A stretch of 64,000 bases of DNA from the NCBI GenBank assembly GCA_963721455.1, contig CAVRJG010000045.1:32001-96000 (forward strand). The letters are read 5' to 3'. The position numbers and the translations under genes were made by a program. Shown one piece after another: positions 46,045-56,025 of the stretch; position 1 is the stretch's first letter; each line of letters opens with the position of its first letter. Below the pieces are notes generated by a model. That model worked only from the letters and a program-made list of their open reading frames with translations, had not been told where the DNA came from and ran no database searches. Source of the stretch: an uncultured Methanosarcinaceae archaeon (GTDB lineage: Archaea > Halobacteriota > Methanosarcinia > Methanosarcinales > Methanosarcinaceae).

Positions 46045-46431
46045 AGGTTCCAGACCATTGAGCTTGCAAAACCCGGTGAATATGTATCGAACATAAAAAG
46101 GCTGGATCGTCCGGAGCAATTGGAGAGATCTATCCTGTCGAAGCAACTCATTTATTCAGGAGACCGCAAGAATTCAGGAGACCACAAGAGAGCTCCTGAT
46201 AAAACGATCTTCACACAGTTTCCGGATCAGAACCACGCATCTGGACCGCGCTCGAGATAATTGCATTTGGAAAAAACGGTGGTATGATCCATGAATCCAT
46301 GAGATGTGCTGATGATAATGGGATGCATAAGGTGGAAACATGCGAACTTTGCGGAAGCGGCTGAGGATATAAGTTTCTTGCCGCTGCTTTTCTTAGAAGT
46401 AGAGATCTGAATAAATTCAGGGAGGAATTTT

Positions 46432-46740
46432 GCGATAATACTTAACAATCAGGATCAGGGCCGTACTGTAGAAGTGGAGGCTCAAAGTGTCGTGACTGTA
46501 CGCCTGGATGAAAATCCCACTACAGGCTACCGATGGAAAGTGGAGGCCGCCGAAGGATTGGAAATGGTAGGTGACAGTTTCGAGAAAGCTGGCGATGCAA
46601 TTGGTGCAGGGGGCGTGCGAGTATTCCAGTTTCGCGCATCAGAAGCTGGACCTCACAGGCTTAGCATTAGAAAATGGCGTGATTGGGAAGGAGAAAGTTC
46701 GATAATAGAGCGCTTTTACGCTACTATCGTGGTGAAGTGA
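46432..46740 (+). CDS. Chagasin-family (I42) cysteine protease inhibitor
   Basis: ENPTTGY.W, GAGG...F, R.WE loops; frame open from the GGAGGA at 46421, first canonical start GTG 46474. Confidence 0.85.
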   Translation, partial: AIILNNQDQGRTVEVEAQSVVTVRLDENPTTGYRWKVEAAEGLEMVGDSFEKAGDAIGAGGVRVFQFRASEAGPHRLSIRKWRDWEGESSIIERFYATIVVK

Positions 46741-46969
46741 ATTTGATCCTGGGGTAGGCCTGCAAACGGATCTGAAGGAGAACGTTTTCCTCAATGTGGA
46801 TACAGCAATTCCCCTCGGAATTATTATCAATGAACCCGTTTCCAATTCGTAAAAAAATAAGAGTTCATCCTTGCTGAATTCTGGTTTGCAACCGAATATT
46901 TAAAAATAACCGGATTATATAACAGAGTTATAATTCTATTTTTATATCACCTTATCTAAATAATCACTT

Positions 46970-48895
46970 ATGCCAGCAGAAAGCAAAAATACCGATCCTT
47001 TCAAGGAACTTAAATGGAGTGATCTCCAGGATTGGGCTGGAGGGAAAGCCACTGCAAAGGGGATCAAGTACCAGGAAGAGGAACGGGTAAAAGAGATTAA
47101 ACGCACCTCCGAAGGCAGCCTGGTAGCCCGGGTAGAGGGGACAATAGAGTATTTCACAGAAGTTTCCCTGGAAAACGGAAAACTAAGTTCGATCTGCACC
47201 TGCCCTGTTGGACATGACTGCAAACACGGAGTTGCAGCCGTACTTGAATATCTCGAACGCATAGAGCAGGGAGAAGAAGTTCCGGTTATTGCCGAAGAAG
47301 ACCCGCTTATTGCAAGAGCCAGACGAGGATATGCAGGAGCTGAAACTTCCGGAGCCTATGAGGCAGGGGAATCTTCACGGGCTCTCCGCGAGTATCTGGA
47401 ACAGCTGGAAAAACCGGAATTAATCGAGATATTGATAGCATTTGCAAAAAAAGATGCCATGCTTGGCAGGTACCTGAGAGACCGGCAGAACCTTGCATCA
47501 GAAAATGCGGACGGAATTATTGGGGGCATCTATTCCGAACTGGACGAGCTCTGGAGAGAAACAGGGGGCTATGATTTCTGGAATTATGAAGGCGAGGATG
47601 TGCCTGATTTTTCAGACGTGCAGGTTCGGCTGGAAAGCCTGCTTGATTCAGGCCACCCTGACGAGCTGCTGGATATCGGAAAAGAGCTCATGGACAGGTA
47701 TGAAAGAATTGAGGAATATGACGAAGAAGGGGAAATAGGAACAAAAATATCCAGCTGCATGGACGTGGTGTTCAGAGCCTTATCTCAATCCTCTCTTCCT
47801 GCACATGAGAAAATGCTTTATGCCCTTGAAATTGAGCTAAAAGACAATTACAACATTCTTAATGAACAGACTTTCTGGAAAGAAGATTTTACTCAGGAAG
47901 AGTGGAGGCTGTTTGCAGAAGCCCTTAAAATTCGGTTGCAGGAAGCTGAAAGGGCAGGAAATCTTCTGTACGACTCATCCTGGGAGCGGGATTATGTTGT
48001 TGACAGGCTTATCGATGCCCTGAGAAAATCCGGGCTTTCTGAAGAGGTTATCCCGATCTGTGAGCTCGAAGCCGAAAGAACAGGCAATTATGTAAGGCTT
48101 GTCAGAGAACTGCTCGGTTCCGGACAGAAAGAGAAAGCAGAAAAATGGATTTATAGGGGAATCAAAGAAACCAGGGAAGATAAACCTGGAACTGCCTACA
48201 AACTTCTGCAGCTCCTCCTTGAAATTAAAGAAAACGAAGGAAACTGGCTTTTTGTAACTGCCCTTGAAACAGAAGAGTTTTTCAGGTTTCCCCAGCTGGC
48301 CAGCTATACTGGGATGCAGAAAGCAGCCGGAAAAATCGGAAAATGGCAGGAGATCCGGGAAGCTGCTCTCCAGTACCTGAGAAACGGAGAACTCCCGGCC
48401 AGCGATGCCAAAATTACGGAAGAAACTTCAATCCTTCCTGGTATTCTTCCGAAAACAGGGCTGCTGGAGGTTGGCTCATTAAGAAAAATTAAACCTCCCG
48501 CCCTTGACCTGTTAATACAAATAGCTATTCAAGAAAATGATGCTGAAGAAGTGGTCCGCTGGTATGAGGAGCTTAAAAAAAGCAAAGGTGAAGCCGAAAG
48601 ATACTGGAATTCCATCTCAGAAAATGAAATTGCAAATGCAGTAAAGGGCAAATATCCTGAAATTGCAATTGAGATCTGGAAAAAACTTGCAGAAAATCTG
48701 ATCTCCGAAACAAAAGTAAGCTCATATGAAGTAGCATCAGTACACATCCGGAAAGTAAAGGAGGCACTGCAAGCCATTGGAAAAAAAGAAGAGTGGGAAG
48801 CCTATCTCAGGGAGCTAAGGGAAGTTAACAGGCGCAAAAGAAAGCTGCTTGAAATTCTGGATATGCTGGGAGAAGACCGGATAATCAGCAAGTGA
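46970..48895 (+). CDS. SWIM zinc-finger domain protein with helical repeats
   Basis: V.GT..Y...CTCP....CKH. Confidence 0.85.
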   Translation: MPAESKNTDPFKELKWSDLQDWAGGKATAKGIKYQEEERVKEIKRTSEGSLVARVEGTIEYFTEVSLENGKLSSICTCPVGHDCKHGVAAVLEYLERIEQGEEVPVIAEEDPLIARARRGYAGAETSGAYEAGESSRALREYLEQLEKPELIEILIAFAKKDAMLGRYLRDRQNLASENADGIIGGIYSELDELWRETGGYDFWNYEGEDVPDFSDVQVRLESLLDSGHPDELLDIGKELMDRYERIEEYDEEGEIGTKISSCMDVVFRALSQSSLPAHEKMLYALEIELKDNYNILNEQTFWKEDFTQEEWRLFAEALKIRLQEAERAGNLLYDSSWERDYVVDRLIDALRKSGLSEEVIPICELEAERTGNYVRLVRELLGSGQKEKAEKWIYRGIKETREDKPGTAYKLLQLLLEIKENEGNWLFVTALETEEFFRFPQLASYTGMQKAAGKIGKWQEIREAALQYLRNGELPASDAKITEETSILPGILPKTGLLEVGSLRKIKPPALDLLIQIAIQENDAEEVVRWYEELKKSKGEAERYWNSISENEIANAVKGKYPEIAIEIWKKLAENLISETKVSSYEVASVHIRKVKEALQAIGKKEEWEAYLRELREVNRRKRKLLEILDMLGEDRIISK

Positions 48896-49107
48896 AAGGA
48901 GAACAAAAAGGCAGTGTAGCAGGTAAAACGGAGCTGTGAGATGGGTAAGAGTAAGTTTATATATATATAATAACATAAATAAAAATTGAGTTGGATTAAC
49001 TCGGATTCTAAATCCCGAATATGCTTCAAAAATACTGATCTTAATGGAATAGTATGGAAAAGTATAGAAAAAAGTAAGGAAAAAACGAAATAAGGGAGCT
49101 ATAAAAT

Positions 49108-49287
49108 ATGCCAGCAAAAGTCAACAAAGAAGAATGTACAGCCTGCGGAACCTGTGTGGAAGAATGTCCTGTAGAAGCAATCATTATTGATGAGGATAAA
49201 GGTTGTGCAGTTGTAGACGAAGACGAATGTGTAGACTGTGGAGCCTGTGAAGAAGCTTGCCCCGTACAGGCTATAAAAGTTGAATGA
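49108..49287 (+). CDS. 2[4Fe-4S] ferredoxin (59 aa)
   Basis: [12 protein letters not shown]...[12 protein letters not shown]; absent from the ORF track. Confidence 0.93.
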   Translation: MPAKVNKEECTACGTCVEECPVEAIIIDEDKGCAVVDEDECVDCGACEEACPVQAIKVE

Positions 49288-49386
49288 CCTGAAAGAGCCG
49301 GAATTGTATATTTCAAAGTTCATTCTGTGGACGAAACTTGAAATATTCGGGAGAATGGGGAAAAGGTCCGGGTCAAGGAGACCCTT

Positions 49387-49863
49387 TCAGCGTTTGAAAG
49401 CAGCTTCCCATTCCGATTTTCTATTTTTTATAAATCGCCTGTTTGCTCCGCTTGAAGAGGGAAGAACTCTTGTTTCATACCCCATTTCCCTTAGAATCGG
49501 GTCATATTTCCCTGATTTTTTGCCATTGAAACAGATCAGCCTTAGCTTTGGGGCTATTTCTTTCAATATTGAAAATTGATTTATTTCTTCGTCTCTTATC
49601 TTTGAGTCCCCGCTTCCGTCTCTTTTTCCGGCTTTAAACACATCCCAGAGGCCTATCCTGTGGTTCATCAGGGTCTCGAGCCTGTTTTTATAATCCATAC
49701 CCTGAAGGTCTTCTCCGATAATGCTGCCGAGCAGCCTCCAGAAGTCATTGCCGGGATGCCCGTAGTACTGATGCTTCCTGATAGATACATCTCCCGGAAG
49801 GGACCCGAGAATCAGGATTTCAGTGTTTTCGTCAACTACTGCCTGGAAACCTTGCTTTTTCAT
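49387..49863 (-). CDS. UDG-superfamily DNA glycosylase (deoxyinosine/mismatch-specific type)
   Basis: ILGSLPG..S...QYYGHP.N.FW, LWDV, FNG, LPSSSGAN. Confidence 0.85.
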   Translation of the reverse strand: MKKQGFQAVVDENTEILILGSLPGDVSIRKHQYYGHPGNDFWRLLGSIIGEDLQGMDYKNRLETLMNHRIGLWDVFKAGKRDGSGDSKIRDEEINQFSILKEIAPKLRLICFNGKKSGKYDPILREMGYETRVLPSSSGANRRFIKNRKSEWEAAFKR

Positions 49864-49914
49864 TCTTTAAGGAAGCTGGAACTTAAGATTATTTTAAGTT
49901 TTGGGAAAAAAATT

Positions 49915-50706
49915 TTAAATTTGAGTGATCTGTTCTGACATATCCCTGTAATAGTTGAAAAGTTCCTGTCCCCAGGCAAGGGCGCTTTTCTCAAAGCTCA
50001 CCATCTCATGATTATAGTATCTTCCCTCTTTAGAGATCATGGATAGGGAGATGAAACGATCGGTAACAATACTGGAAGCAAGCTCAATTTTATGGTAGCA
50101 GACAAAGAGGCGCGTGTTTTCCATATTTATGAACTCTTCTACCTCTCCCCTGTAGTCGGAAATTAGCTTTTCATATATTGCCCCCTCCAGAACAAGTGAA
50201 ACTTCGATCCCTCTTTTTGCAAGGTCCAGATAGAGCCCCGGATAACCTGGGCGGAAAAACGAAGAAACTTCCATAACTGTCCTGGACCTGTAAAGCGGGT
50301 CCATAATTTCAGGAGGGTAATCGAAGATATGGGTTCTGTCAGGTACAAGCTCCTTACAGCTGCCAAGCTCTCCGATCCGGTCCAGCAGGTGAGGAGGAAG
50401 AGTCCGCAAATCCTGTCTTGCCCAGTAATCGTGGTTTTCATCAAAGACCTGAAAAGTAAATAGAAGAAGCTCCATTTTGGGGACAATAAGCTTTCCTTTT
50501 ACCGAGAGCTCGTAACTAGCTCCATTTTGCACCAGCAGCCCGTCCTTGAGCAGGATACGGATCTGGGCCATAATAGGGCTGGAGCTGACTTCAAGTCCGG
50601 TCTTAATTTCCTCAATTGTTTTTGGCCCGTCCTTCAGGAGTAGAAGCAGATTTTTCCTTTTGTCCGAAAAAAAAATTGTATCTATTAACTGCAGTTCCGT
50701 ACTCAT
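49915..50706 (-). CDS. ArsR-type winged-helix regulator (Msr-like methanol regulator, second of pair)
   Basis: SDKRKNLLLLL.DGPKT..EI; C-terminal A..WG.ELF.YY; divergent from mtaCB. Confidence 0.8.
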   Translation of the reverse strand: MSTELQLIDTIFFSDKRKNLLLLLKDGPKTIEEIKTGLEVSSSPIMAQIRILLKDGLLVQNGASYELSVKGKLIVPKMELLLFTFQVFDENHDYWARQDLRTLPPHLLDRIGELGSCKELVPDRTHIFDYPPEIMDPLYRSRTVMEVSSFFRPGYPGLYLDLAKRGIEVSLVLEGAIYEKLISDYRGEVEEFINMENTRLFVCYHKIELASSIVTDRFISLSMISKEGRYYNHEMVSFEKSALAWGQELFNYYRDMSEQITQI

Positions 50707-50823
50707 TCGATTTAACCACCTGAAAGAAATTCTGGAGTTATATCTGGAATTTGATTGGTATCTAACTCGAAAACTCAAATTTGCATAAAGCGTACCTTAT
50801 TTGCATAAAGCGTGCCTTATATC

Positions 50824-51678
50824 TCAGTGCAGGCTGAGCAACATTGATTCCGAAAAAGCTTCGTTTTCGGTTGTACAGACCAGATTATCAATACATTTTT
50901 CGCTTTCTATCTGCCAGGATCTTGATTTATAGAACTCGAAAAGCTCCTTTGCCCAGTTTATGGCCTCAGGTTCGGAACATGAAATATAATCGTGATAGAA
51001 CCTTCCATTACTGTCAAAGAAAGAGATTACCATTCCACGGTCTGATACGAACAGTTCAGCCAACTTGACCCCATTGTTGCAGATAAAAAGCTCGGTATTC
51101 TGCAGCCTGGCAAGTTTCCTTATTTTCCTTTCATAGTTGTGCAGAATCTTTTCGAGTACCGACTCAGTGAAAAGAAGGGTAACGTCTGATTCCAGCCTTC
51201 CGAGCTTTGAGTACAGGGGAAGGAATTCAGGCCTGTAGAAGGATGAGAATACCATAAGATAACTTGAAGACGAGAAGAAATTCAAAAGTTCCATACTTGG
51301 TTCAAAAATCTGGCTTGGGTCGGCTTCAACCAGCTTGCAGTCCTTCAGGTCCCCTATTCTGTCGAGAAGATGCTGAGGAATTCCACTGAGGTCATGTTCG
51401 ATCCAGTAATTATCTCGTTCGAGCAAAGTAAGAACGTTGACAAGGGATTGAGCTTTTTTAAAGACCTGATTTCCCATATCTGTCAATTCGTAGCTGCCAT
51501 TTTTGTGAATAACCAGGTCACTGTCTGTAAGCCTTTTGATCTGGGGCAAGATAGCCGTGGGAGAAACATCAAGGAGGGTCTTAATTTCTTCCATTGTCCT
51601 TGGTTCCTCTCCCAGGAGTAAAAGGAGGTCTCTTCTTTTCGGGGAACGAAATACGACATCTATCAACTCAGGTTGCAT
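50824..51678 (-). CDS. ArsR-type winged-helix regulator (Msr-like methanol regulator, first of pair)
   Basis: S.KRRDLLLLL.EEP.T..EI...ILPQIK.L; paralog of the neighbouring gene. Confidence 0.8.
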   Translation of the reverse strand: MQPELIDVVFRSPKRRDLLLLLGEEPRTMEEIKTLLDVSPTAILPQIKRLTDSDLVIHKNGSYELTDMGNQVFKKAQSLVNVLTLLERDNYWIEHDLSGIPQHLLDRIGDLKDCKLVEADPSQIFEPSMELLNFFSSSSYLMVFSSFYRPEFLPLYSKLGRLESDVTLLFTESVLEKILHNYERKIRKLARLQNTELFICNNGVKLAELFVSDRGMVISFFDSNGRFYHDYISCSEPEAINWAKELFEFYKSRSWQIESEKCIDNLVCTTENEAFSESMLLSLH

Positions 51679-52580
51679 TCAAAATCACTCCTATCGCGTT
51701 TTTCTGTAAATATAGAATATCTGCATCATGTGACACTAAAAAATCCGCACAAAGGGGAATGAAAATTCGAGTTCCGGTCTGTTCGTGTACGACCCGAATA
51801 GGAGGAAAAGTTTGTGCCATATATTGGAGATAGTCGATATGCCCATTTATATAAAAGAATTTGGATGAATAATTTCAAACGTAAGAGAATCTAGACAACA
51901 TAATATAAAGAGTTTAGAAGAATTATCGAATTTCAATGAAAACGATATCACTGGCCAGAGTTTAGAGTTGCCGACACTTTAACTGAGCAAATAAGCAAGA
52001 TACGTAAAATTGAAAGAGTACATTACGAACATTGAAATTTTTGACAGGCTTTATCTGAATAATAATATTGTTTAAAAAAAGATCGAATGTTTCGAAGATA
52101 TAAAGTTTAAAAAAAGTTGATAACTTTAGCTAATTTGCCTCAAAAATTTAAAGCTTGTTTATCAGGAAAAAGAGAGCAAAAAATTTCTGAGCACGAAGTA
52201 GAGCAATCGCCCCAAAATTTCAGACCCCATATTGCCATGTAAAAACCATGAAAAAATTTCCGTCGGTTATGGTATATGTGATGATTTCCCCTAATTATGC
52301 TGTGTAAGCGTGTCGGTATTACAGATACGCAAACCAATCAAAAAGGTAAAAGTTCCGGCGAAGAAGGAGAGATTCTTTCGCAGGTATATACCAGGGAAAA
52401 ATCCGGAGATCGAATCCGATAAATACGGATGCGCTGCGGTCTTTCCAGGGCTGAACACCACCGAAAGAAAAAGCTTCACGGAGGTAAAGCCGGAACCTCA
52501 CGATGCCGAATATGTCCGGGAATGCAGACCTGGAACGGTGACGACCTTTTTGCCAAAAACTAAAACGGAGGTTTATAAAT

Positions 52581-53357
52581 ATGTTGGACTTTACAGAGGC
52601 AAGTCTGAAAAAGGTATTAACCAGGTACAATGTGGCTCTGGAAAAGGCGATGACGCCTGAAGATGCCGCAGAAGAGATCTATCCTAAAGACGAATTAATT
52701 TACCCGATTGCAAAAGCTATCTTCGAAGGAGAAGAAGATGACGTTATCGAGGGTCTCCAGGCAGCAATGGATGCAGGCAAGGACCCGATTGCCCTTATCG
52801 ACGATGCTCTCATGGTCGGTATGGGTGTTGTCACAAAGCTCTACGACGAAGGTGTCATTTTCCTGCCGAACGTCATGATGTCTGCTGATGCGATGCTGAA
52901 CGGTATCGAGTTCTGTAAGGAAAACTCCGAAACTGCCCATGAAACCAAGGGAACCGTTGTCTGCCATGTTGCAGAAGGTGACGTCCACGACATCGGAAAG
53001 AACATCGTTACAGCTCTCCTCAGGGCAAACGGCTACGATGTAGTTGACCTGGGAAGGGACGTTCCTGTGGACGAAGTTATTGCAGCAGTTATTGCAAACA
53101 AGCCCCTCATGGTCACAGGTACTGCACTCATGACCACCACCATGTATGCATTCAAGGAAGTTAATGACAAGCTCCTCGAAAAGGGAATAAAGATCCCATT
53201 CGCATGCGGTGGCGGCGCAGTTAACCAGGACTTCGTGTCCCAGTATGCACTCGGTGTGTACGGTGAAGAAGCCGCTGACGCCCCCAAGATTGCTGACGCA
53301 ATCGTTGCAGGTACCACAGATATCGCAGCATTAAGAGAGAAATTCCACAAGCACTGA
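52581..53357 (+). CDS. mtaC: Methanol corrinoid protein MtaC
   Basis: EGDVHDIGKNIV B12-binding motif, GTALMTTT, GGGAV. Confidence 0.95.
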   Translation: MLDFTEASLKKVLTRYNVALEKAMTPEDAAEEIYPKDELIYPIAKAIFEGEEDDVIEGLQAAMDAGKDPIALIDDALMVGMGVVTKLYDEGVIFLPNVMMSADAMLNGIEFCKENSETAHETKGTVVCHVAEGDVHDIGKNIVTALLRANGYDVVDLGRDVPVDEVIAAVIANKPLMVTGTALMTTTMYAFKEVNDKLLEKGIKIPFACGGGAVNQDFVSQYALGVYGEEAADAPKIADAIVAGTTDIAALREKFHKH

Positions 53358-53367
53358 GGTGAAAAAA

Positions 53368-54753
53368 ATGGCAGCAAAAAGATACACTTCAATGGCATAC
53401 GCAAGCGCAGACGAGATGACTTTCGGCGTATCCAAGCACCCGGTAAAGGCAGGCCTTGGCCTCGAGATCGGTGCAGGCTACACAATTCCTGAAGTTAACT
53501 ACGCCCCGAGACCTGAAGCCGGTGCATCCAAGGAAAAACTCGTAAAGGAATACGAGAGGATCACCACTGACATTATGGCAAGAATGGTCCAGGTTGGTTT
53601 CCCAGCAGTTATCCTCGAAACCGAACACGTTCAGCAGATGTCCAACAACCCCTCCTGGGGAGCAGAAGTCGCACACGCCCAGAAAACCATCATGGAAGAA
53701 TACCACGATGAATACGGCATAAAGTGCGCACTCCGCCACACAATCGGCGACATCCGTGAGAACAGGGACTTCCTCCAGCTCAGAGGAGACAAATACTCGG
53801 TCTTCCTCGAAGCCTTCGAAGAGTGTGCAAAGGCCGGTGCTGACCTGCTTTCAGTAGAGAGCATGGGTGGTAAGGAAGTATTCGACTACGCAGTTCTCAG
53901 GAACGATATCGCTGGTATGCTCTATTCAATCGGCTGTCTCGGCTCCATTGACATGGAAATGATCTGGTCCGATATTGCAGCAATTGCACAGAAGACCGGC
54001 ACTGTTGCAGCTGGTGACACCGACTGCGCCCAGGCAAACACCGCAATGTTCATCGGCGGCGGACTGCTCGACAAGAACCTCGCCCACACCCTCGCAATTC
54101 TCGCAAGAGCAATTTCCGCCCCAAGGTCCCTTGTTGCATACGAAGCCGGTGCAAAAGGCCCGGGTAAGGACTGCGGATATGAAAACATCATCATCAAAGC
54201 CATCACCGGTATGCCGATGACCCAGGAAGGTAAGACCTCCACCTGCGCCCACTCTGATGTAATGGGTAACCTTATTATGCAGTGCTGTGACTGCTGGTCC
54301 AACGAATCTGTTGAGTACCACGGTGAATTCGGCGGCACAACTGTTCAGTGCTGGTCCGAGACTCTTGCATATGACTGCGCCCTCATGAACACCGCTCTTG
54401 AAACCAAGAACGAAAAAGTTCTCAGGGACCTTCTCATGCTCTCCGACAGGTACAGAGACCCCCAGTCCTACGTGCTTGCATACGACAATGCATACAGAGT
54501 CGGCCAGGCAATTGTCAAGGACGGAGACAACATCTACCTCAGGGCAAAGAACGCTGCAGTCGAATGCTGCGATATCGTCAGTGAAGGTGCAGCTGGCAAG
54601 CTCGCGCTCTCCAGGTTCGAAACCAAGGCTCTCGCAGACGCAAAGGCAACCCTTGATGCTCTTCCAGAAGATATGGACAGGTTCATGGACGACTGCCTCA
54701 CAAAATACAAGAGTGAAGTTAAAGTCTTCCTGCCGGAGAACTACGGCTTCTAA
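53368..54753 (+). CDS. mtaB: Methanol:corrinoid methyltransferase MtaB
   Basis: PEVNYAPRP, LETEHV, ESMGGKE, GDTDC, GPGKDCGYE. Confidence 0.95.
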   Translation: MAAKRYTSMAYASADEMTFGVSKHPVKAGLGLEIGAGYTIPEVNYAPRPEAGASKEKLVKEYERITTDIMARMVQVGFPAVILETEHVQQMSNNPSWGAEVAHAQKTIMEEYHDEYGIKCALRHTIGDIRENRDFLQLRGDKYSVFLEAFEECAKAGADLLSVESMGGKEVFDYAVLRNDIAGMLYSIGCLGSIDMEMIWSDIAAIAQKTGTVAAGDTDCAQANTAMFIGGGLLDKNLAHTLAILARAISAPRSLVAYEAGAKGPGKDCGYENIIIKAITGMPMTQEGKTSTCAHSDVMGNLIMQCCDCWSNESVEYHGEFGGTTVQCWSETLAYDCALMNTALETKNEKVLRDLLMLSDRYRDPQSYVLAYDNAYRVGQAIVKDGDNIYLRAKNAAVECCDIVSEGAAGKLALSRFETKALADAKATLDALPEDMDRFMDDCLTKYKSEVKVFLPENYGF

Positions 54754-54756
54754 GCC

Positions 54757-54785
54757 GAACCCTCCGGTTCCCTTTTTCTTTTTTA
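54757..54785 (+). terminator. mtaCB terminator
   Basis: GAACC-CTCC-GGTTC followed by T-rich tract. Confidence 0.55.
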
Positions 54786-55025
54786 AAACTAATTTTAATT
54801 CTGCACATTTCTGCAAGCTTCTCGCCGTTTGACCCTTGATTTTTTCACGGTTTTGCCGCCCTGTGCTTCTTTGCGGCCCCTGTACTTCTTAAGATAGCTC
54901 TGCACGTAAATACTTGCACCTTAATTCATTCTGGCCTTATAATCACGAAGGCAGGAAAAATTCATTCCATATTATAGAATCACGGAAAACAATTACAGCC
55001 CTGAGAAAATTGTAACTTTGTAAGT

Positions 55026-55134
55026 TAGCCCTCTTGAGCGAAGCGAAATATAAATTCCTCTAAATTAGTCCTCTTGAGCGAAGCGAAAAGGACATCGTGC
55101 TCCCGAAGCGAAACTCGGGAAGCGAAACTCGGGA
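55026..55134 (-). repeat. Dispersed intergenic repeat, copy 2 (inverted)
   Basis: 70 bp identical to 3208-3277, plus an extra CCTCTTGAGCGAAGCGAAA copy. Confidence 0.85.
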
Positions 55135-55258
55135 TCGAAAAAAGAAGGAATAAAATCTGGAAAATAGAATATATTTTCAGAGCATAAGAACAATACTTAA
55201 TGAAATAATTACATAGAAAAAAGAAAAACATATATACATGAGAAGAGTATCGATAAAT

Positions 55259-55535
55259 CCTACTTTCGGCAGGTCGACGTTTAATTTTTGATAATTTTAC
55301 TGATGGCGATTTTGAAATAATGCTCCTTACTTGTGTGTAATTGATAGGTTTACATATGACCAATTATTAATTTCTCATACTAAACTTTAATGAAAAAATG
55401 ATTTAGTATTTATATATGCTGTGGGAGTTGAGCCACCTGTTAACCAGCTTTAAACCTAATCTATAGTTAGTGAATGTTCAAAAACGGCATCAAGAAAAAT
55501 ATTCTAATTTTTAATGTCGACCTGCCGAAAGTAGG
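55259..55535. mobile_element. MITE, copy 2 (TIR CCTACTTTCGGCAGGTCGAC, ATAAAT direct repeats)
   Basis: 20-bp perfect TIR; ATAAAT on both flanks; interior similar to 24205-24437 in inverted orientation. Confidence 0.8.
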
Positions 55536-55732
55536 ATAAATAGTAGCGTGGGACCAAAAAAATACATAAACAGACCAAAAAAGCATACGGACAGACCAAA
55601 AAAGCGTGCCATCAATGAGGAGTTTATATAACTCTCCCATGTTACTTCCTTTCCAATTTTATTTTTGCCTCCGCGTATTTTGGCTATTTTTCGAACTATT
55701 CAGGTTGTTTTAGAGAAGAAAAAAGTATAGCG

Positions 55733-55888
55733 AAGCCTGAAGTTGTCCTGGAATGTATCAGGGAAGTCCTGGAAGAAGCGAAATACAGGAATAAAACAGA
55801 AAGGTTGCGCAGGCTTGCAAGAGAACTGGACGGACCTAAAGCCGTAAGAGAAATGCTTGAAAAAGAATTCAGGAAAAAGGATTCCTGA
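55733..55888 (+). pseudogene. Orphan C-terminal fragment, possibly GT-B glycosyltransferase
   Basis: KPEVVLECIREVL..KY......L..LA...DGP.AV..MLE* with no upstream gene body. Confidence 0.35.
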
Positions 55889-56025
55889 AAAACATCTCTA
55901 CGTCCCTGCATGTTGGGCTGAGTGAAGAGAGCAATCAGGAAAAACGTGAACAACTCCTCCCTAAATTCTTCGCCTTAAGGCTCAGGATTTTGAGGAATGT
56001 GGCTTTATGGATTATTGATATAAGT

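Noticed and set aside
49041-49323. Minus-strand ORFs in the ORF track
   Set aside because: They overlap the real plus-strand ferredoxin at 49108-49287
53926-54816. 296-aa antisense ORF, and similar shadow ORFs over ppdK, rnj and fni
   Set aside because: Antisense shadows of well-supported codon-biased genes
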